A stretch of 62,012 nucleotides of DNA, the filler included, from Stramenopiles sp. TOSAG23-6 (Eukaryota): assembly GCA_900128565.1 (NCBI GenBank). It is 13 parts of 13 records of this genome, joined end to end, with 100 filler letters (N's around TTAATTAATTAA, not from the genome) between each part and the next. Parts side by side here need not be neighbours in the genome. Positions count along the whole stretch, not along the records: positions 23,911 to 28,592 come from LT637088.1; positions 28,693 to 33,374 come from LT637089.1; positions 33,475 to 38,155 come from LT637090.1; 10 more parts are not named here. The stretch is one strand, 5' to 3'. A model generated the notes under the pieces. It did no database searches and was not told the origin of the DNA. It worked only from the letters and a program-made list of their open reading frames with translations. The position numbers and the translations under genes are program-made. Of this stretch, positions 25,186-36,400 are shown piece by piece (position 1 is the first letter of the stretch; each line of letters opens with the position of its first letter).

Positions 25186-26545
25186 TTAAACAAGGTAGCT
25201 TGAGATTTTCGAATTATGTGCGATATTTTCTTGTTCAATATTATTATCAGGACAAGAATACTCCAACTGTAAAGTTTCACCTCCGGTACAACCTTTCGGT
25301 ACACAAAATGTTATCATTTGACCTGAAGGAGATGGTACTGTTAATTGTTGACCAGCATGACACGTTGGTAATGTAAATTTAAAAGAATATTTTGTCTTTT
25401 TGTTTATGGTGGGAGCAATATTCTCATTTTTAGTTTTTTTCACATTTCTATTTTCATCACTTTTATCTTATTCCTTATTTTTTACTGCATTACTTTTCGT
25501 CAAACAAGAATCTTGTTTACTTTCCGTCAAACACGAATCTTGTTTATTATTATCAGGACAAGAATATTCCAACTGAACTGTCTCCCCTTTGCGACACCCA
25601 CTTGGTACACAAAATGTTATCATTTGACCTGAAGGAGATGGTACTGTTAATTGTTGACCAGCATGACACGTTGGTAATGTAAATTTAAAAGAATATTTTG
25701 TCTTTTTGTTTATGGTGGGAGCAATATTCTCATTTTTAGTTTTTTTCACATTTCTATTTTCATCACTTTTATCTTATTCCTTATTTTTTACTGCATTACT
25801 TTTCGTCAAACAAGAATCTTGTTTACTTTCCGTCAAACACGAATCTTGTTTATTATTATCAGGACAAGAATATTCCAACTGAACTGTCTCCCCTTTGCGA
25901 CACCCACTTGGTACACAAAATGTTATCATTTGACCTGAAGGAGATGGTACTGTTAATTGTTGACCAGCATGACACGTTGGTAATGTAAATTTAAATTTTT
26001 TCTTGTCTTCAATGATCTGCTCTTTCTTCTCTTCACTTCTATGATTAGGGTTCTTCTCTTCACTTCTATGATTAGGTATGCTCTCGGTTAGCAGGAAAGC
26101 TAACTCTTTGCGCATTCTTCTTTCCGTGCCAACCAAATGTAAAACTACTTCTGTAGCGTTTGATGTTATTTTTTGCAAATTATCATCTGGGTATGCTGAA
26201 CACCAATTTGTCTTACCTCGTTGTCTTTTCATCGAATTCCAAGGTTGAAATCCATTTAAAACTTTTCCATGACAAGGTGTTTTTAAAGTGACTGTGAGGA
26301 CTCTGTTGGTAATTGTTGCGGACAAAATCATTGAAAGGTCGAATTCAATTTTTGTACGTTCAGTTATCATTTGTCTCAACGGCAAGAGATAAGACATCTC
26401 AACTACGAAATGTTTTTTTTCTCAATACTTTCACGGCAATTTCAACATCAGATGCTTCACCGTGAAATTCATTCCTTATATCCTGTGGAGTTCTTGTATA
26501 ATTACCTATTTGCAAATGATTTGACAAAAGAGGAGTCTTTCCCAT
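25186..26545 (-). pseudogene. Disrupted gene: N-terminal PH-like region (resembles the TRF2/HOY1 type) plus three copies of an FTLPTCHAGQQLTVPSPSGQMITFCVP domain
   Basis: The frame from ATG 26545 joins the 26397 ORF only if one A is removed from the A8 run at 26413-26420; in-frame TAA at 25776-25774 and 25470-25468 inside 306-bp repeats. Confidence 0.5.
25240..25996. repeat. 306-bp tandem repeat, about 2.5 copies
   Basis: ORF starts (25749/25443) and stops (25774/25468) are 306 nt apart with near-identical sequence. Confidence 0.9.
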
Positions 26546-26728
26546 ATTGTTATTCAGTTAGAAATTACGTCGTGAATTGCAGTAATAAGATAGATTGTAT
26601 ATGAATTCACAATTGTTGACAATGAATGAATACTCTTTTTTCGTGGAGCCATTGGTCGCTGTCATTCAATGACTGTCAAATATCCGAAATAGTAGAATAA
26701 ACCTGTCCAGCCCAGATTACACGAAATT

Positions 26729-27675
26729 CTACTTTTTTTTTGCTGCACTACAACGAGAAAGAAGTTTGTCCCTGTTAGATATACCACCTGATACCATTGC
26801 CATCTTATAAAATTCACTATTTTTATCATTGAGTAGTTCGAAAGGTACACCAATTTCCAAAACACATCCATGTATTTTGGTACAATATTTCAAAATTTGA
26901 AATTTTTTTTAAAAAAAATTTCCTATGAAAAAAATACAAGTAAAAAATTCATGATGCAAACATACATACCCCATGACAATGATTCGATCGCAGTCAACAA
27001 CTGTTGATAATCTATGAGCAATTGTAAAAACTGTTCTTCTTTTAAATTCTTTACGAATAACATCTTGAATCAGTGAATCTGTTTCAATATCAATATTAGA
27101 TGTCGGTTCATCAAAAATGTAAAAGTGAAAAATATTTTTTTTTTTTTGGATAAAAAAAATTCATTAGGTACGAAACTTCGTATGAAAAAAAAAATGTAGG
27201 TAAAACATTGGAATGAAAACGTACATAACAATTTTTGAATCTGAGAGAAGAACACGAGCAAGTGAAAGTTGTTGTTTTTGACCCGCAGATAAATTACAAA
27301 TTGTATTGATATTTAATATATTTGTTTCATTATGTATATCACAATTTCGAGAGATTAATTTTGTCAAACCAACTTTGTCAATAACGTTCAATAATTCGGA
27401 ATCAGAAAATTCATCGAAAGGATCTAAATTACACCGTAATGATCCTTCCATAACCAACGGTGTCTGTGGCACAGCTGCAATGCTTTTCCTGAGCACCATA
27501 ATTCCGAGGGTGGTAATATCAACACCATCGATGTGAATCACACCGGAAGTAACATTGACAATACGAAATAAAACTGACATTAATGAACTTTTCCCAGCCC
27601 CAGTTCGTCCCACAATACCAATTTTCTCACCACCTGACACATCAAAGGAAACATTTCGGATGGCTAGTGGTAGTA
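26729..27675 (-). CDS. ABCC/MRP-type ABC transporter, C-terminal NBD; join(27675..27225, 27116..26966, 26869..26729); 5'-truncated
   Basis: Walker A GRTGAGKSS, signature LSAGQKQ, Walker B IVIFDE (after splicing), H-loop IAHRLSTV. Confidence 0.9.
26870..26965 (-). other. GT-AT intron, 96 nt (degenerate core)
   Basis: ggg tat|GTATGTTTG...ccaaaatacAT|gga; restores DRIIVMGYGCVLE. Confidence 0.8.
27117..27224 (-). other. GT-AT family intron, 108 nt, inside Walker B
   Basis: gtt at|GTACGTTTT...cttttacAT|t ttt gat gaa; restores KIVIFDEPTSNID. Confidence 0.9.
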
Positions 27676-27770
27676 ATGTATTTTGAAAAAATATTTCAAA
27701 AAAAAATCTAAAAAATTTGTTAGGTACAAAATTTCGTACGAAAAAAAAATTCGAAAAAAATAAAACATAC
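27676..27770 (-). other. GT-AT family intron, 95 nt, joining two unrelated genes (probable chimeric join)
   Basis: Full consensus element; the flanking exons are out of phase and from different families. Confidence 0.8.
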
Positions 27771-28529
27771 ATTTTTGGTCTCATATAAGACGTTACTGCA
27801 GCGGTACTCGATTCTGTCTGACCTCCAACAGTAATATGCCATAAATGATTTGCACCAACACCAGCCCTTGTATAGCATTTGACTTGAACATGTCCAGGTG
27901 AAAGAACATCACACTTAAAATTGTCATATTTCATTGATGCGTAATCATCGGTACCATCTGGTAGTGTGTTTGGATCTTGTTGATAATACACTATAATTTT
28001 TGTGCCAACAGGGCCAAAATTCTTTCCATGTAAAATAACTTGCTCTGAACCTGTCACCAATAAATCATTTTTACTTTTTTCAAGATTTTTCATTGTTAAT
28101 TTTTCAATTATTGGTCGATCATAACTAGATATAAGTGCTATGGGATAGTTCTCAGATGATACATTCGATGCATTAGATGATGCCGCTGTTCCTCCAATTG
28201 TAACATTCCATTTCATATTACTTCCAATACCAACTACTGTAGTACACTGAGCGGTGATGTGTTCCTTGACGATAATACAATTTATTGCGGTATAGACTAC
28301 ATCTGCCTCATCTTTACCTCCTGGTGTCCAAATGTATTCAGCTTTAATCGAACGATCGTTATTACCCAAACATGTATTTCTAGTACAATCTGCCGCTATT
28401 GGTCCCAAGTTTTCACCCGTAAGAGTAAGAACACTATTACCTTGTGTTGGAAATGTTTTTGGTAATATCGTTTTGATGACAGGTGCAATGTATGAAATAT
28501 ACTGTTTAGGATTCGTACTACCTGACAAT
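27771..28529 (-). CDS. Internal exon of an IPT/TIG-repeat surface protein
   Basis: Repeated SYxxPxI...GxNF/LGP...C...C.T..G.G....W...GG units. Confidence 0.75.
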
Positions 28530-28592
28530 ATATATTTTGAAAAAATATTTCAAAAAAAAAATTAATTTTTGTTAGGTACAAAATTTCGTACG
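28530..28592 (-). other. 3' half of a family intron (AT acceptor), cut by contig end
   Basis: cgtacgaaattttgtacctaac...ttcaaaatatAT|a ttg tca. Confidence 0.8.
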
Positions 28593-28692
28593 NNNNNNNN
28601 NNNNNNNNNNNNNNNNNNNNNNNNNNNNNNNNNNNNTTAATTAATTAANNNNNNNNNNNNNNNNNNNNNNNNNNNNNNNNNNNNNNNNNNNN

Positions 28693-28782
28693 TGGAAAAA
28701 TATTTCAAAAAAACCCGNTANGGTANAAANTTTCGTANAAAAAAAAACCAATTAATTCGAAATTAAAAAAAAAAAAACATAC
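28693..28782 (-). other. Family intron, 3' end cut by contig start
   Basis: tgt at|GTATGTTTT; core contains ambiguous bases. Confidence 0.75.
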
Positions 28783-29300
28783 ATACAATCACGACATTCG
28801 TTCATTGCACGAAGAAATGATGAGGATACATTTGCACCCATTGTAAAATCATGATCTCTCACACACTGCTGGAACTCACGCACTATGCATTGTGAAAAAA
28901 TATTTTTTTTTGAATTAAAAAAATTGTTAGGTACAAAACTTTCATAGTAAAAAAAATACTTTACATTAAAACATACATCCACATAAGAACAATATCTCGA
29001 GAGTATAAACCTGAATTATGCATTTTTGAAGCTTTCAATGCTGTTAACTCATCTTTTTCCAAAAGTCCACAGATGACAAGGTCCTCATATATTGTAAAAT
29101 TTGTTTTTTTGTAAAATTTGTTAGGTACAAAATTTAGTGCGAAAAAAAATTCGAACTTGAAAAAAAATAAAACATACATTTGTGGATTCTTCATACGTTG
29201 GGTCGATACCCTTGTAAGTTAAGAAATGTGCAACATTTAAATATCGGTATATCCGAAAGTGGATTTTATTTGTTGCTGCATTTTCATGGCGAAATGCCGC
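28783..29300 (-). CDS. Bestrophin-family channel, internal exons; join(29300..29178, 29086..28977, 28884..28783)
   Basis: Spliced RIYRYLNVAHFLTYKGID...EDLVICGLLEKDE...IVLMWIVREF...AMNECRDC parallels the bestrophin cytosolic region. Confidence 0.7.
28885..28976 (-). other. GT-AT family intron, 92 nt
   Basis: tgg at|GTATGTTTT...tcacaatgcAT|a gtg; restores the frame. Confidence 0.85.
29087..29177 (-). other. GT-AT family intron, 91 nt
   Basis: aca aat|GTATGTTTT...ttacaatatAT|gag gac; restores the frame. Confidence 0.85.
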
Positions 29301-29391
29301 ATATATTTTCGAAAAATATTTCAAAAAAAAATCGTTAGGTACAAAATTTACTATGAAAAAAAAATCGAATTTGAAAAAAAATAAAACATAC
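29301..29391 (-). other. GT-AT family intron, 91 nt, joining phosphatase to bestrophin (probable chimeric join)
   Basis: gta tac|GTATGTTTT...cgaaaatatAT|gcg. Confidence 0.8.
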
Positions 29392-30420
29392 GTATACAGG
29401 ATGATGACCAACAACTATTTTCCAAATTGCATTGGAATTCTTTAAAACCTTTTTTAACCATGATATTTGCTCATTGATACTTTTTTTTTGTTCTGTAATT
29501 TTTGTACTTTTTGTATTATTTTTTTCAGCTTCCTGGACTTCTATAAAAGGGGTAGTATCTATGAAAAACATCTCAATAGATAAATTCATGTCTAACGCAC
29601 CAGGTGGGACCATTTTGAAATATCGCGATGGCATGTGCCAAAATGTATTCTTAGTAGTGAGATCCACTTGAGCTTGTGGGTTTGAAATATAATCATGATT
29701 TCCTAATACTGATAGCCAAGGAATTGAAAGAGAACTATACTTTTTTAAATACACATTTTCCCAAGATGTTTCAATTTGTCTGGATTTTGTTGATGTTATA
29801 CCATAAGGATAAAAGTTATCACCGACGTTAATCACAAACTGTGCATTTAGTTTAGAAGCAGCTAAAGACATTTCCGCTGCAACATCAAGTTGACAGCATA
29901 AGCCATCTCTACCCCAGTCACCTAACACAAGAAAGTTTAAACGTTTCTCTTTTAATTCTTTGGTGTCATTGTCCCCTTTGATACTTCCCTTCATTTGAGG
30001 TAATTCTGCTGCTTGTGAAAGCTCAGGATTTGTTTCATGCTTTGCACAGTAAAAATTTGAAGTGACGTGGTTACTACTTGGATAACTATCACAAGTTTTA
30101 TTGTATGTTCCATCTGAATGGGTAATATAGCCAAGAATACCACCTGATATAAGTACCAGCAAAAAAAAAAAAAAAAGTGTATACGGAATACGCTTCATGT
30201 CAGAAATACATATACAACGGTCGAAAATACATGGACAACGCTTTTTTGAGACTACGTCCGAAATATCTGCAGTTGATTCTCCATTTGTTTGTGAGTTTTC
30301 TTTATTGTCCATCAAATCTTCTCCTAAAGTAGTTAACTCTGTACATCTTTGTTTTTTTTCATTATTCAAATCACTTGAATTCGTGGAAATTGTCTTATAG
30401 CGATTGGACATTGATGCCAT
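29392..30420 (-). CDS. Purple/tartrate-resistant acid phosphatase (ACP5-like) with N-terminal TM segment; first exon, 3'-truncated
   Basis: GDWG, GDNFY, GNHD and VVGHHP motifs; the final GHxH motif is absent. Confidence 0.9.
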
Positions 30421-30783
30421 CACTTCCTTTTTAGCCTTTTATTTACTTGTTGTTCAGAAAATGTTGAAAAATAGAAAAAAAGACATACGAATGACTACCC
30501 TAGCTATAGTACGTAGTAGGGTGTGTTCCAAAATAGGATTCTGTCAAGAATTCATGACCATTCAAATATTCAAATAAAAATTAGCTAGGGTTGGGGTTAG
30601 AACAGAAGTCAATTTTTTTTTCGCGTTTTTCACGAGTCATCTAAATTTTCTCTCTGTGAACAGAACAGAGAGACTCACACATGGAAAAAAGTTAAAAATT
30701 GCTGCCTTGTGATTGTTTCCTTTTTAGTTTATCGACAGATTTGCATACTCAAATAATTATAAAAGTAAACCTGTTGTCGAAGA

Positions 30784-33244
30784 ATGCCACGTGATAGTCG
30801 CAAACGACGCGATCGAAGTTATTCTCCTGATAGAAAGCGAAGTCGAAGTCACCGTGATGGTTCGTCACACCACAGACATCGGTCAGATAGAGACTACAGT
30901 CGGCGTCCAGAAAGAAGTCGTGCTAGGTCTCGTGAAAGAGATTACGATGATAGACGCCGACGATCAAGTCATCGCGATACAAGCTTTTCAGACTCTCGAT
31001 ATGCATCTGACCACCGGTTGTCAAAGGAGCGTGGGAAAGAGTCCTCAGCTAAAGCTAACGCTGATCGTGCTGCAGCTCAAGCAACATTAGCTAAATTGTT
31101 GTCTAAAAAAAATTCCAAAATGGATAGTTCGGCAAATTCCAGTACAACGTCAATAAAACAGATAAATCAATCAAACCCATCAGACGTCTTGAAAAAGTCA
31201 AATATATCAGTCGATAAAAATACAAAAAATACAAAAAATATAAAAAAGACCATTTCCAAAAAAAAGACTTCTTGGGTGACTGAAAACGGAAATTCTGATA
31301 TGAATAATGGTATTCCCAAAAGTAGCAGTTCTACGCCTATACATTCAGTTATCTCATTTAAAACGAATAGTAAATCGTCTATTGGGCGAATTTCGTTTGG
31401 TAAAAAACAAAAAATTGAAAAAAAAATGAATCTGAAAATGAAGTCTATTTTTAATACTTCAAAATCAACAACACCTGTTAGTACAAAAGGTTTTGGTTTT
31501 GGTAATAATAAGACTTTATTACAGAAAAAACAAGATCAAAATGCTTTACTAAAAAATACAAAAAATACAAAAGATACAAAAGATACAAAAGATAAGACCT
31601 CTTCAACAAGAACAAATGGAAGTACAAATAATAAAGATAATAAAAATAATAAAACAGATACGGATATAACGTATACGGAAGAAACAATTGATGATGATAC
31701 GTACTATGCCGAATTTCAAAAAGCAATGAAAGAAAGAAATAACAAAACACAAGAAGAAAAAACTAATTCTGATTCAAATTCTACTACTACTACTACTACA
31801 ACGACACGTAGTGATTTAGGTGTCTTGCGAGATGACGGTGATGAAATGTTATCACGATTGGAAACAATGAACAAAAAATCTGCATTGGAAATTCTTAGAG
31901 AAAAAATGAAGAAAAAAGAATTAAAAAAAGTCGACCATGCGACTGCAAACTATGAAGATTTCCGAAAAAAGTTTTATATTGAAGCTCATTCATTGACAAA
32001 ATTTACAGGTGAAGAAAATGAAAGTAGACGTAAAGTAATGGGTATAAAAATTAGAGGGAGAAAATGCCCTCCGCCAGTTGATACTTGGGAACAATGCGGA
32101 TTATCTTCAAAAATTATGTATGTTCTTGAAAAATCAGGGTATAAAGAACCATTTCCAATTCAAAGGCAAGCGATTCCTGCATTAATGTCTGGTCGAGATA
32201 TGCTTGGTGTAGCAAAAACAGGTTCTGGGAAAACATTAGCATTTTTATTGCCTATTTTTCGTCATGTTTTAGATCAAAGAAAACTATTGGAATGCGAAGG
32301 ACCTATAGCTCTGATTTTAGCACCTGCGAGAGAATTATGTGTTCAAATACATAAAGAAATTTTACGATTTTGTAAAGTTTTAAATTTAACAGCTTGTGCG
32401 GTATATGGCGGATCTAGTGTTGGTGATCAAATATCTAAACTAAAACGAGGAGTTCATATTGTTACATGTACACCAGGACGATTTATTGATATTTTAACAA
32501 TGAATGCAGGACGTTTGATATCACTACGCCGTGTTACCTTTCTAGTTTTAGATGAAGCAGATCGAATGTTTGATATGGGTTTTGAACCTCAAATTGGAAT
32601 GATATTACAGAATATTCGACCAGATCGACAAACTGCTTTATTTTCTGCGACATTTCCTGCACATGTATGTTTTATTTTTTTCAATTTTTTATCTAAATAT
32701 TTTTTTTTTTTGAAAAATGTTGTACCTAACAAATTGTACAAAAAAAAAAAAAAATTCACAAAACATGTGGAACAACTAGCAAGAAAATTGTTAAAACACA
32801 AACCTGTCGAAATTGTTGTCGGTGGACGTAGTAATGTATCAAATACTATTACTCAATTTGTTGAAATTCGTTCTGAGCGTCAAAAGTGGTTACGTCTTTT
32901 ACAATTGTTAGGTAAATGGGTTGTTGAGAATGAAGATCAATGTATCTTGATTTTTGTTGAGACTCAGAAAAAATGTGATTCATTATTCACTCGCCTCATG
33001 AGAGCAGGATATTTCGTGTTATCATTACATGGAGGCAAAGAACAAGTCGATCGTGAACAGTCTCTTTTAGACTTTAAACAAAAAACACGTAAAATATTAA
33101 TCGCCACATCTGTCGCTGGTAGAGGGTTAGATGTCAAAGATCTCAATTACGTTGTCAATTTTGATACTCCAAATCATTTGGAAGATTATGTACATAGAGT
33201 TGGACGAACAGGACGTGCTGGTAAAGTTGGAACTTCTTATACAT
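30784..33244 (+). CDS. DDX46: DEAD-box helicase DDX46/Prp5; join(30784..32664, 32767..33244); 3'-truncated
   Basis: RS-rich N-terminus, VDH...YEDFRKKFYIE, AKTGSGKT, DEAD, FSATFP, HRVGRTGRAG. Confidence 0.92.
32665..32766 (+). other. GT-AT family intron, 102 nt, in-frame, containing no AG
   Basis: gca cat|GTATGTTTT...gtacctaac...ttcacaaaacAT|gtg gaa; restores FSATFPAHVEQLARK. Confidence 0.9.
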
Positions 33245-33374
33245 GTACGTTTTATATGAATTTCTAATTTAATTGTTTTTTTTTTGGTAAAAAATTTTGT
33301 ACCTAACAAATTTTTTTAGATTTTTTTTGAAATATTTTTTTTTTCATACGAAATTTTGTACCTAACAAATTTTT
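33245..33374 (+). other. Family intron with duplicated core, cut by contig end
   Basis: aca t|GTACGTTTT; two GTACCTAAC motifs. Confidence 0.8.
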
Positions 33375-33474
33375 NNNNNNNNNNNNNNNNNNNNNNNNNN
33401 NNNNNNNNNNNNNNNNNNTTAATTAATTAANNNNNNNNNNNNNNNNNNNNNNNNNNNNNNNNNNNNNNNNNNNN

Positions 33475-36400
33475 TATTACCAGCGCAGTAGCCACCAGCA
33501 CTGCACACTTCACATGATGTAGCCGAATTTTTATCTTTATCTTGTGTNCCTTTTCTACAAGGCGTTTGTGGTGAATTCCCGCCAAGGCATTCTGTACCAA
33601 CAGGACAGACAACACAATCACTAGCTGCATCGCCGTCATGGTCGAATCGACCTGCAGCGCAAGATTCACATGTATTGTTTTTTTTTGCTGATCCAGCTAA
33701 ACATGATACACATTCAGTATGAGAAGCATTTGATATAGAACTAGATGAACATTCAGTACAAACAGTAGCTGCTTCACCTGATACAAAACCATCGGCACAA
33801 GAATGGCACTGATTATCAGTACCATTATTATATTCACCCGCAAGACATGACACACACGTAGTTTGCATTGCCAATGGTTGTATACGACCTGCGGCACAAT
33901 CTTGACATATATTAGATCCATTATCATACTTTCCACTCACGCAACTAGTACACGAAGTTGCACCAGACACTGCAATTTTTCCATTTGCACAATCTATACA
34001 ATTACCACTATCAGCAAACGTCCCAGCTGGACATGCGTCACAATACATCTTTTCTTCCTCTGAATTTGTTCCAGTACAATTAATACATGTAGTATTATTA
34101 GATTCATATTTTCCTTTGGAACAGGCAGTACATAATGATGAAGCGTCTGTTGAAATAAAACCAGAACTACAATCTACACATGTATTTGAAGAAGTATCTT
34201 GGTATTTACCGGCAATACATGCTGTACAACTAAAGCCACCTANATCCGAAATATAACCACTTGCACATNGATCACATTTGGAAGAGCCTTCAGTAGTTGT
34301 AAATTTCCCTATAGGGCATAAATCACACACATTACTGCCATTATCATATCTTCCTTTGGTACATTTCGAACAAGAGGTCTGTGCAACTAATGGTTGGATG
34401 TATCCACTTTCACAATTGCTGCATACAAAATCACCATTGACTTGAGTAGCATATTTACCGCGCTCACATGCAACACATTGTGTACTATTTAATGGCTTAT
34501 GTCCATCACTACAATATTGGCAAACTGTTTTTGGGTCAGAATCTAAATCAACTTTTCCAGCATTACACGTCACCATTGGATGATTATTTCCAGCACAATA
34601 TTGGCCAGCTTTACAGACAACACATGGTGTGCTTGCCACATTGTCATCATCGTATGTACCTTTTTCACAAGGTTTAGCAAGAGCATTGATACCAGAACAG
34701 TAATTTCCAGCTGAGCATTTAGTACATGGAGTCGAAGCACTATTTGATTGACTTTGATCTTCATCTTGATATCCAGCTAGGCATGGTAATTTTGGTTTAT
34801 CGTTTCCCTCACAATAATACCCCTTTTCGCATTTAACACATTTTGTTTTAGCATCCGAATCATCATCAAAATATCCTTTAGCACATGGAAGCTTCGGCTG
34901 ACTACTTCCCTGACAATAATTACCTTTTGTACATTCAAGGCAAGGTGTAGCGGGGTTTGAATCTGCATCGTAAAAACCGACTTCACATAAAAGTTTTGGC
35001 GCATTAAATCCGGCGCAGTATTCACCAGATTTACAAGCTAAACATGGGCTGGCAGAATTTTTATCATGGTCCCAGAAACCTTTCTCACATTGTACAATAC
35101 TTGCTTTGAATCCGGCACAATAAGTCCCAACACCACAGATTAAACATTCTGTTGTAACGTTGCTGTCGTGGTCCCAAGTTCCTGGCGGGCAAGATATAGC
35201 GGGATAGGAAGATCCCCTGCAATATTGTCCTTTTTCACAGTCAATACATTTGGACGATGAATTTTTATCATGGTCGACGGTTCCAATAGGACACGTTTTT
35301 GGAAGAGCCGCTCCGCCGGGGCAGTACATACCGTGACTACATTTTGTGCATTGTGTAGATGGATTCGAATCACTATCAGCATAACCTGGAATACACATAG
35401 TCATCGTAGTCGAACCAGTCGGACAATAGCTACCAATTTCACATGATTTGCATTGAGTATCAGACGACATATCATGGTCATATGTGCCTTCTATACATTT
35501 TACTTGGGGCGATGAGTTACCCGCGCAGAAGCTACCAGCATTGCAAGTAACACATTCAGTTGACGAGTCTGAATCTGTGTCTGCTTCACCTGGTTTACAC
35601 ACAACCTTTGGAGCTGCCCCACCTGAACAAAAACTACCTATACCACATGATTCACAAGCAGTAGTTGCTGAAACATCGTGATCTGATGTAGATGGTTTAC
35701 ACATAAAAGAGGATATATTTCCGAAACTCCCTTCAGGGCAAAAGCTACCTTTGACACAAGTTGTACATTTAGTACTTGTATCTTCATCTTCATCAATAAA
35801 TCCAATAGGACATTTTTGTTTTTGACTTGCACCACCNCCGCAGTAGTATCCTGGTGTACTACACTTTACACACTTTGTTGAACTATCCATGTCATGATCA
35901 TAATACCCAGGTAAGCATTTTATTGGGTCATTCGTACCACCAGAACAATAGTAACCTTTATTACATGTTAAGCAGGGTGTTACTGATGATTTATCATCAT
36001 CCCATGATCCCGCAGTGCATTCTACCTTATCTGCAGAGTCACCGGCACAATAATTTCCTGGAAGGCAAATTTGACATCTTGTAGATGATGAGTTATCGTG
36101 ATCATACATTCCAGCAACACAAAACTCTTTTTTCTTATCGGACCCGGCGCAATAGGACCCTTTACTACATTGGACACAAATAGTGCTTGATAGTAAGTCA
36201 TTATCCCATGTACCAGCTGGACATGCTACTACCTCTTGTGCTCCAGTTGGACAGTACGTACCAATAGGGCATTTCTGGCATGGCGTGGCAGCCGATTTAT
36301 CATGGTCAAAAGTTCCTGCTGGGCAAGCGATAATTGGAGCTGACTTACCTGCACAAAAATTACCTGGACTACACGAATCACATGGAGTTGCAGCAGATTC

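Noticed and set aside
25468-25776. TAA stop-codon reassignment
   Set aside because: Other genes end normally at TAA (e.g. 791, 2168, 59177), and long conserved ORFs have no internal TAA.
32663-32764. Reading the family as U12 AT-AC introns (register shifted by -2)
   Set aside because: Possible where AT is duplicated, but that register gives variable ends (starts AT/GT/AC/AA/TT; ends AC/AT/GC/TT/TC/CT) and no RTATCCTT donor. The GT register has a nearly invariant GT and aligns with a true AG at 49695. Not fully excluded without cDNA.
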